Below are positions 22,076-29,062 of a stretch of DNA of 32,000 bases, one piece after another. A program made the position numbers and the translations under genes. The DNA lies in assembly GCF_035285525.1 (NCBI RefSeq), contig NZ_JAYKGW010000092.1:9009-41008 (forward strand), given 5' to 3'. The stretch's first letter is position 1, and every line of letters starts with the position of its first letter. The DNA comes from Okeania sp. (GTDB lineage: Bacteria > Cyanobacteriota > Cyanobacteriia > Cyanobacteriales > Microcoleaceae). The notes below the pieces were generated by a model. The model was given only the letters and a program-made list of their open reading frames with translations, searched no databases and had not been told where the DNA came from.

Positions 22076-22153
22076 TGTGGTTGGGTTTCGTTCCTCCACC
22101 CAACCTACACTTATTACTCAATGTTGGGTTTCGTCCCTCTACCCAACCTACAC
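22076..22153. repeat. Two tandem copies of the TGTTGGGTTTCGT(C/T)CCTC.ACCCAACCTACAC hairpin repeat between convergent genes
   Basis: tgtggttgggtttcgttcctccacccaacctacac (22076-22110) and tgttgggtttcgtccctctacccaacctacac (22122-22153). They lie 20 nt 3' of the ftsH stop (22173-22175). The same family occurs at 11061..11090. Confidence 0.85.
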
Positions 22154-22172
22154 TTATCACTTCCCAAACTTC

Positions 22173-24017
22173 CTAATTATCTTCTGGCGATCGCACCTTT
22201 GACAACAACTGATATAATTCTTCTCCTTCGATTACTTCTTGTGCTAAAATCTGTAGAGAAATACTTTCCAATAAATCTCGATTATAGTTCAAAATTTCTA
22301 AAGCTTTTTGATGAGCTTTTTCTACAATTTCTTTCACTTCATTATCAATTGCTTCGGCAGTTTTTTCACTAACTAAACGACGGGGGCTAACTCCTTCATT
22401 ACTTAAAAACCCACCTTGACTACGGCGTTCATAAGCTAAAGGTCCTAACACTTTACTCATACCATAAGTTGTCACCATTTGTTCAGCAAAATCAGTAGCT
22501 TTTTGTAAATCTCCTGACGCTCCAGTGGTAATATTTCCAAATACAATTTCTTCCGCAGCACGACCTCCTAATAAAGTAGCAATTTGCCCCTTAATTTCTG
22601 CTTCATCTCTTAAAAATCTATCCTCAGTTGGTAACTGTAAAGTGTAACCTAAAGCAGCCATTCCTCTTGGTACAATAGAAATTTTTTCCACCTTATTACT
22701 ACCAGGCATTAATGCACCAACCAAAGCATGACCAACCTCGTGATAAGCGACTATTTTCTTTTCGCGATCGCTCAAAACTCGGCTTCTTTTTTCTAAACCA
22801 GCAACTACTCTTTCAATAGCTTCAGAAAAGTCTATTTGAGCTACAGTTTCTCGATTATTTCTAGCAGCTAATAAGGCAGCTTCATTAACAAGATTAGCTA
22901 AATCTGCTCCCCCAAAACCAGGAGTTCTCACAGCTATTTTATGTAAATCAACATCTTCTCCTAACTTAACTTTTTTGGCATAAATATTTAAAATTTGTTC
23001 TCTACCAATTAAGTCTGGACGGTCTACTAAAACCTGTCTATCAAATCTTCCGGGACGTAATAAAGCAGCATCCAAAGCTTCGGGACGGTTCGTAGCAGCC
23101 AAAACAATAACTGTTAAATCTCCGGCTCCAAAACCATCCATTTCTGTTAGTAATTGATTGAGAGTTTGTTCCCGTTCATCATTACCACCACTATGAAAAT
23201 TTCCACTGGTTCTCGATTTTCCTATTGCGTCTATTTCATCAATAAAAATAATACAAGGAGCCTTCTTTTTTGCCTCTTTAAATAAATCTCGAACTCTAGC
23301 AGCACCAGTACCCACAAACAGTTCAACAAATTCAGAACCAGAAATACTAAAAAAAGCTACTCCTGCCTCTCCAGCGACAGCTTTTGCTAATAAAGTTTTA
23401 CCTGTTCCCGGAGGTCCGACTAACAACAAACCTTTAGGGATTCTGGCACCAATTTGAGTGAAGCGTTTTGGTGTTTTTAAGAAGTCTACAATTTCTGTTA
23501 ATTCTGTCTTAGCTTCTTCCACTCCAGCAATATCAGCAAAAGTAATTTTTTCTGATTTTCCTTCTACATAAACTTTAGCTTTACTCTTACTAATTGATAG
23601 GGAACCTTGGGGTCCACGATTCATAAAAAATTGGAATGCTGCTACTAAGATAATCGGAGGAATTACCCAATTTAAAAGAATAGCAAACCAAGGATTTTTA
23701 GGACGTGCAGCTTCAAATATAACATTATTATCTTCTAAACGTTGAAGTAATTGAGGGTCATTTATTCTAGTTGTAGCAGCAAGCAAAGGTTCAGGTTTAT
23801 CTTGTGCTTTAATGAGATATAAAATTCTTTCATTAGCTATTTGAACTCTGACTACTTGTCCGCTTTTTACTTGTTCAATAAATAGACTATAAGGAACAGG
23901 TTTGAGTTGGCGACGGGGAGTGAAGAAATATACTGCTAATAATACACCTGCCAAAATTAATAAAGCAGTTCCAATTTGACGGTTAGGTAAATTTCTGAGA
24001 TTCTTTTTAAGACCCAT
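22173..24017 (-). CDS. ftsH: ATP-dependent zinc metalloprotease FtsH
   Basis: 614 aa. N-terminal TM, Walker A GPPGTGKTLLAKAVAGEAGV.FF, Walker B IIFIDEIDA, SRH region ATNRP..LD.ALLRPGRFDRQV, and the Zn motif HEVGHAL. Confidence 0.95.
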   Translation of the reverse strand: MGLKKNLRNLPNRQIGTALLILAGVLLAVYFFTPRRQLKPVPYSLFIEQVKSGQVVRVQIANERILYLIKAQDKPEPLLAATTRINDPQLLQRLEDNNVIFEAARPKNPWFAILLNWVIPPIILVAAFQFFMNRGPQGSLSISKSKAKVYVEGKSEKITFADIAGVEEAKTELTEIVDFLKTPKRFTQIGARIPKGLLLVGPPGTGKTLLAKAVAGEAGVAFFSISGSEFVELFVGTGAARVRDLFKEAKKKAPCIIFIDEIDAIGKSRTSGNFHSGGNDEREQTLNQLLTEMDGFGAGDLTVIVLAATNRPEALDAALLRPGRFDRQVLVDRPDLIGREQILNIYAKKVKLGEDVDLHKIAVRTPGFGGADLANLVNEAALLAARNNRETVAQIDFSEAIERVVAGLEKRSRVLSDREKKIVAYHEVGHALVGALMPGSNKVEKISIVPRGMAALGYTLQLPTEDRFLRDEAEIKGQIATLLGGRAAEEIVFGNITTGASGDLQKATDFAEQMVTTYGMSKVLGPLAYERRSQGGFLSNEGVSPRRLVSEKTAEAIDNEVKEIVEKAHQKALEILNYNRDLLESISLQILAQEVIEGEELYQLLSKVRSPEDN

Positions 24018-24044
24018 ATTTATTGTGCTATGGCGCTACGCGCT

Positions 24045-24152
24045 AGGGAATAGGGAACAGCGGTCGTTAGCGGAGCTTCCCGCAGGGTGGGATGGCAAGG
24101 TCTCCTCGCCATATCCAATCGACCAAGAGAGGGAACAGGGAACAAGGAACAG
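24045..24152. repeat. (GGGAACA)n heptamer tract interrupted by a 68-bp GC-rich insert, in the ftsH upstream region
   Basis: agggaatagggaacag (24045-24060) | cggtcgttagcggagcttcccgcagggtgggatggcaaggtctcctcgccatatccaatcgaccaaga (24061-24128) | gagggaacagggaacaaggaacag (24129-24152). The insert ends are inverted (cggtcgtt / aatcgacc). Confidence 0.7.
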
Positions 24153-24460
24153 TAGAATATCAAAAGGTTTCAGAATGTAGAAATGTCCACCCCCTTTGCT
24201 TCGACTGCTTTATAATTCCACTTAGTAAATAACAATAAGTCAGATATTTATTTCAGACTTAATATATTATTATAACAATTCTATTTGATTTCTGTTTTTA
24301 GGGAGTAGGGAGTCAACCCACCCCTCAGCCCTCCCAGGAGGGTAATTTAGGAGGAATAGGAGTTATAACAGAAAAATTGTCTCTTAATTTTGGTGCTTTC
24401 CCACCTAAAGTTCCTAAAACCTTGATAAAGTCTTCTGCCTTATGCCTTATGCCTTCTTAC

Positions 24461-26545
24461 TTATTTCTTCTTTTCATAAACAACGGGCAATTCAATCACA
24501 AATTCTGTACCCAGATCAACTACAGAATTACAGTAAAAATTTCCCCCATGTTTTTCAACTATAATTTGATAACTGAGAGATAATCCTAAACCGGTACCTT
24601 TTCCCACAGGTTTAGTTGTATAAAAAGGGTCAAAAATTCTCTTTTTTACTTCTTCTGGTATTCCAGGTCCGTTATCACTAATATGAATAGATATATAGTC
24701 TTTATTTATAGCTTGTGTCTTAATTTTTATCTGAGGTTGAATAGAAATAAATTTAGATTTTGATTCTGACCATGACATTTCTAAAGCATCAATACCATTA
24801 GCTAAAATATTCATAAAAACTTGATTAACTTGACTAGCTAAACATTCAACTAATGGTAAATTACCATATTCTTTAATTATCTGAATTTCTGGACATTCTG
24901 ACTTGGGTTTAAGGCGATTTCGCAAAATTAGTAGGGTACTATCTATGCCTTCGTGAATATTAACTTGTTTTTGCTTAGATTCATCGTGACGAGAAAAGTT
25001 GCGTAAAGATAAAACTATTTCTTGAATTCTTTTAGAACCTTCTTCCATAGAATTAAGTAAACTAGGAAAATCTTCTTTGATAAAAGCTAGGTCTATTGTT
25101 GTTTCTTGATTGATAATTTCAGCTATTTGATCTGGAAAATATTGCTGATAAAGATTGAGTAAATCTAATAAATCTTCTGCATAACCTCTGGCGTGCCCAA
25201 TATTGCCATAAATAAAATTAACAGGGTTATTAATTTCATGGGCAACCCCAGCAATTAACTGACCTAAACCTACCATTTTTTCATTCTGAATTAATTGAGC
25301 TTGAGTTTGTTTTAACTTATAAAGTGTTTGTTCTAGGTATGTATTTTTTTCTTTTAATTCTTGAGTTCTTTCATCAACTTTGACTTCGAGAATATGACTG
25401 TAATTAGATAATTCCTGATATGAACTTTCTAACTGTTTAATCATTTCATTAAAAGTTCGAGCAAGTAAACCAATTTCATCCTTAGTTAAGACTGGTACTT
25501 TTTGAGTTAGGTCTCCTTTACTTACTAACTTAGCTGTATGAGCGATCGCTAAAATTGGTCTAACAATTTGACGACCTAATAATAACATAGCTGTAGCCAT
25601 GATCACGGCTAAAGTCATCCCCACAAAGACAATTGAAACAGCAAGATGACGAGCAGGTGCAAATGCTTCTTTTTGCTCTATTTCTGCTAATAATGCTAAG
25701 TCTTGATATTCTAACCATTGATAAACACCAATGACTGGTACACCTTTATAATTTCGATACAAACCTTTGCCATTTTGACCATTCAGAGCATTATTAATAC
25801 CTTGACTACTAACACCATCCGGAAATTCTTCTGAACCAAATTTTGTGGCTGAGACAAATACATTTTTCATCGACAAACTACTACCAATATTACCTACTAA
25901 ATAGATTTCTGCTGTTTGGCCTAATCCTGCTTTTTTTCTAATAATAGAATCTATTCTTTCCAGGTTAAGATGGGTAGCTAAGGTTCCTAATTGTTTACCA
26001 TTTTCATTGACAATAGGAATAGCAAAGGTAATTATCGGTTTACCTGTTTCCGCAGATCGGTAAAAGTTGGAAATTAATTTATCTATATCATATTTTGTAA
26101 TTTTGCTATATTGAATTAGAGGTTGATATTTACCTACTTTATCGGAATTACTAGAAACTAAAATTCTGCTACTTTTACTCAAAATAAAAATTTCTTGTAA
26201 ACTTTTAATACTATTAGTAAAGGATGTTAAAAAAGTTTGGAGTGAAGTTTGAGATAATTCATATTCTGGACTAGATTTTTGGCTGGTTAATAGGATTTTT
26301 GCTTGGTTGTTAATTTCTGGCAACTCAGCGATCGCTAAAATATTTATACGTTGATCTAATATCCAATTATTAAGTTCATTTTCTTTAAGTTGAGCCGCAA
26401 AATTCAGGCGTTCAAAGACTGATTCTTTTAAAGATTTTCGTGCTTCACTAAAAGTCGTATATCCGACAATTGATATTGTCATTAACGACAAAATCAAAAA
26501 AGAACCTACTATTTTAATTAGGAGGCTTTTTTTCCAAAAGTACAT
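24461..26545 (-). CDS. Sensor histidine kinase (TM - extracytoplasmic Cache-like domain - TM - HAMP - coiled coil - HisKA - HATPase_c), no receiver domain
   Basis: 694 aa. N-terminal TM IVGSFLILSLMTISIVGY, a ~280-aa extracytoplasmic region, a second TM SIVFVGMTLAVIMATAMLLL, HAMP RPILAIAHTAKLVSKGDLTQKVPV.TKDEIGLLARTFNEMI, H-box AGVAHEINNPVNF, N-box NILANGIDA, and G-boxes DNGPGIP / GKGTGLGLS. Confidence 0.9.
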   Translation of the reverse strand: MYFWKKSLLIKIVGSFLILSLMTISIVGYTTFSEARKSLKESVFERLNFAAQLKENELNNWILDQRINILAIAELPEINNQAKILLTSQKSSPEYELSQTSLQTFLTSFTNSIKSLQEIFILSKSSRILVSSNSDKVGKYQPLIQYSKITKYDIDKLISNFYRSAETGKPIITFAIPIVNENGKQLGTLATHLNLERIDSIIRKKAGLGQTAEIYLVGNIGSSLSMKNVFVSATKFGSEEFPDGVSSQGINNALNGQNGKGLYRNYKGVPVIGVYQWLEYQDLALLAEIEQKEAFAPARHLAVSIVFVGMTLAVIMATAMLLLGRQIVRPILAIAHTAKLVSKGDLTQKVPVLTKDEIGLLARTFNEMIKQLESSYQELSNYSHILEVKVDERTQELKEKNTYLEQTLYKLKQTQAQLIQNEKMVGLGQLIAGVAHEINNPVNFIYGNIGHARGYAEDLLDLLNLYQQYFPDQIAEIINQETTIDLAFIKEDFPSLLNSMEEGSKRIQEIVLSLRNFSRHDESKQKQVNIHEGIDSTLLILRNRLKPKSECPEIQIIKEYGNLPLVECLASQVNQVFMNILANGIDALEMSWSESKSKFISIQPQIKIKTQAINKDYISIHISDNGPGIPEEVKKRIFDPFYTTKPVGKGTGLGLSLSYQIIVEKHGGNFYCNSVVDLGTEFVIELPVVYEKKK

Positions 26546-26682
26546 GATTTAATATCCTAATTTTTACCAAATAATTAATGTAAGCATTTCTTGCGGAATG
26601 CTGGCCAAACAGCCGTCAGCTAACAGCTATCAGAAGAGTTATTCTATTTTTTAATAGCAGGGTTATTATTCATAAATTTTAT

Positions 26683-26954
26683 TTGACTATAAAAGTCAGT
26701 TTTCACTTTTTTTATTCCTTTAAATATCTTCTTTAAACTTGAGGTTTTTGTTGCTGACGGCTGACAGCTAATAGCTGTTTGCGCAGCATTCCGCAGGAAA
26801 TGCTTATTAATTAATAATTAAAAGCTTTATGATACGGTTCCCGAAAAATCAGAAATTTTTTTGACTACAAAATTCAGTTTTTAAGCCTATATTCGTTTAA
26901 ATTTCTTCCTTAAGGTTGAGGTTTTTATTGCTGATAGCTGAAAGCTAATAGCTG
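26683..26954. repeat. Two ~95-bp imperfect direct repeats (26683..26777 and 26861..26954), each ending in AGCTGAC/AGCTAAT heptamers
   Basis: ttgactataaaagtcagtttt...ctttaaatatcttctttaaacttgaggtttttgttgctgacggctgacagctaatagctg versus ttgactacaaaattcagtttt...gtttaaatttcttccttaaggttgaggtttttattgctgatagctgaaagctaatagctg. A truncated third heptamer block lies at 27148..27183. The hairpin repeat aagcatttc.tgcggaatgct occurs at 26580..26603 and inverted at 26783..26812. Confidence 0.8.
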
Positions 26955-27186
26955 AATGCTTACTAAAATCTTTCTCCTTTCCAGGAAAAATAAACTTTCT
27001 CCTTATTAGTCGATTCTCCTTTTAAAGATCGGTCATTTCAGTTATCAATTATTCATTATTGAGTAAGTATTCAGCATTTAGCGGTCAGCTATTGATTTTA
27101 TAAAAATTATATTAATTTAAAGCCATTTTCATATCTTAGATAGGATTTGCTAACGGCTGACGGCTAATAGCTGAATGCTGACATTA

Positions 27187-28560
27187 TTAATTATTAATTG
27201 CAAATATATCTTTAATTCGATTAATAGCAAAGTCTGTTGCTTCAGTTGGTGATAAACCTTCAATTAATACTTTTTGCATAGCTTTACCCCAAATATTTTC
27301 GGAATCTATCTTAGCATAAATAGGGTTACTTAAATTACTAAGCAAGCGAGTTTTATATTCAGTAAATTGTTGAGATGCGACGGAAATCTGAGGGTCTTTT
27401 TTATTACTCCAAAAGGGGTCTTTCCATAGCTGAGACATAATCGGAAAATACCGACCTTTTGCACCTTTAATATAAGCTCCTAAATTTTCTGGTTGTACTA
27501 AATATGATAAAAATTCTTTGGCTAATTTAGGGTGAGGAGAAGATGTAAAAATGACAGGTTCTTTGACAGATACTAAATATCTAGGGTCTGTTCCATCAGG
27601 ATTAAGGGGAAACTCTATAGTTCTCATTTGATTCAAGTAAATTTCTTCATCTTCTTGTTGAGAACTAGGAATCGACATACTCGGATTAATGGTCATTAAA
27701 GTATTATGGTTCAGGAAATTAGTATTATTATCAGAATTTATCCAATTAACTGCATTAGGTGGCACATAACCATTTTTATACAAGTTAGTATACCAGTCTA
27801 AAATCTCAATAATTTTTTGTCTTACTGCTGGTTTATCTACTTGTAATTTTCCCTGTTCATCTAATATTTGGAAATTATTAGCTTCCAAAATTTGTGTAAA
27901 TATCATGTAAGTATCTGAAGCATAAATAGACATAGGCAAACCAAGGGCATAAATATTATCTTTTCCTTGTTGGCGCAAAATATCTTGTGCCTTTTGCCAA
28001 AATTTCCAAAATTCATCCCATTGTTTCGGTATTTCTCCATCCAAACCTGCTTCAATAAGCAAATTATGCCAGTAATGAATATGAATACTTTGCTGCATTA
28101 TTGGTACAGCATAATAAGATTGAGAGCCATTATTATTGTGCAAATAAGCAGACTTCAGCGCAGTATTATTATATAAATTTTTTATAGGTTTAATAACATC
28201 AGAAACATCTAATAATTTTCCTTCCCTCGCCCATTGAGGAATTAGAGTAAATTCTGCTCTTTCAGAAAAGAGAATATCAGGTGGTTTATTTGCTGCCAAA
28301 GCATCAATAGCTGCTTGTAAAGTATCATCCTCACTCAGAAATAAAAGCTTAACTTTGTGGTTAGTTTTTTCTTGCCACTTAGTAACTATTTTCTCTAAAG
28401 CTTCTTCTTGTTCTGGATAATATCCTCGATTCCACCAAATTGTTAATATTTTTTCTGATTCAGGTTTTTCCAGAGAATTTTTAGGTGGATTTAGGCTACA
28501 AGTAATTAATATAAAACTAACTACAAATAATAAAATTAATCTGAGTAATTTATGTCTCAT
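27187..28560 (-). CDS. ABC-transporter-type extracellular solute-binding protein (family 1, sugar-type), lipoprotein
   Basis: 457 aa. The signal peptide has a lipobox-like LITC (MRHKLLRLILLFVVSFILITC|S). The length and overall pattern (...WWNRGYYPE...PDILF..., ...WDEFW.FW..AQ..., ...P.NAVNW...DN...F....) are typical of SBP_bac_1 proteins. No permease or ATPase gene is adjacent. Confidence 0.75.
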   Translation of the reverse strand: MRHKLLRLILLFVVSFILITCSLNPPKNSLEKPESEKILTIWWNRGYYPEQEEALEKIVTKWQEKTNHKVKLLFLSEDDTLQAAIDALAANKPPDILFSERAEFTLIPQWAREGKLLDVSDVIKPIKNLYNNTALKSAYLHNNNGSQSYYAVPIMQQSIHIHYWHNLLIEAGLDGEIPKQWDEFWKFWQKAQDILRQQGKDNIYALGLPMSIYASDTYMIFTQILEANNFQILDEQGKLQVDKPAVRQKIIEILDWYTNLYKNGYVPPNAVNWINSDNNTNFLNHNTLMTINPSMSIPSSQQEDEEIYLNQMRTIEFPLNPDGTDPRYLVSVKEPVIFTSSPHPKLAKEFLSYLVQPENLGAYIKGAKGRYFPIMSQLWKDPFWSNKKDPQISVASQQFTEYKTRLLSNLSNPIYAKIDSENIWGKAMQKVLIEGLSPTEATDFAINRIKDIFAINN

Positions 28561-28592
28561 AAGGATTTAATCCAACAGTTATGTTCAATAAC

Positions 28593-28723
28593 AGGACTTA
28601 CGCACGCGCAAGGCAATTTTTCCGATACGAGCGACAGCGTTTCGCTCCGCGACATGAATGGGTCGCAGTCCGTCAGGATAGCAATCTCAAACCACTATTT
28701 TTCGTACCTCATGGGTAAGTCCT
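28593..28723. mobile_element. MITE-like element, AGGACTTACGCA terminal inverted repeats (131 bp)
   Basis: aggacttacgca (28593-28604) ... tgggtaagtcct (28712-28723). The internal gacagcgtttcgctccgcgacatg...agcaatctcaaacc is shared with 21936..22063. It lies 33 nt upstream of the SBP start codon. Confidence 0.65.
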
Positions 28724-28924
28724 AAATAATTAATAATTAACAATTAATAATTACCTCTTCTTATAAAAAAGAGGATTGACTAAAAGGAATTTTTTTCTTT
28801 TCTTGGTAGATTGGATATGAGGTACTTCGGCTCGGCTCTACAAGAACGGCTAATCTTTTTTTAATACTAGCATAAGGGTCAATGGTGGAAGAAAGCTGAA
28901 CCTGGACTAACTATTTCAGTTAAA

Positions 28925-28991
28925 AGAAACCCGGTTTCTCCGAGAAACTGGGTTTCTGGGTTCTCTTGCCAGAAACTGGGTTTCTGGGTTC
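28925..28991. repeat. Three copies of the AGAAAC(C/T)(C)GGTTTCT palindrome, the last two as a 28-bp-period direct repeat
   Basis: agaaacccggtttct (28925-28939), agaaactgggtttctgggttc (28943-28963) and agaaactgggtttctgggttc (28971-28991). The same palindrome family occurs at 16901..16935. Confidence 0.85.
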
Positions 28992-29062
28992 GTTTGTGTC
29001 AGTCCTGATTATACAGCAGATACAGATATAATATTAACGGTATTCTTAAAATCCAAAAAACT

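Noticed and set aside
22121-22372. 83-aa ORF starting MLGFVPLPNLH.
   Set aside because: Its N-terminus is the translated TTGGGTTTCG hairpin repeat, and the rest is antisense to the 3' end of ftsH.
24377-24583. 68-aa plus-strand ORF. The same reasoning applies to 27967..28176 (+), 13087..13338 (-) and 18000..18182 (-).
   Set aside because: They are antisense overlaps with well-supported genes (histidine kinase, SBP, murG, ndhD), with no motifs and AT-rich low-complexity translations.
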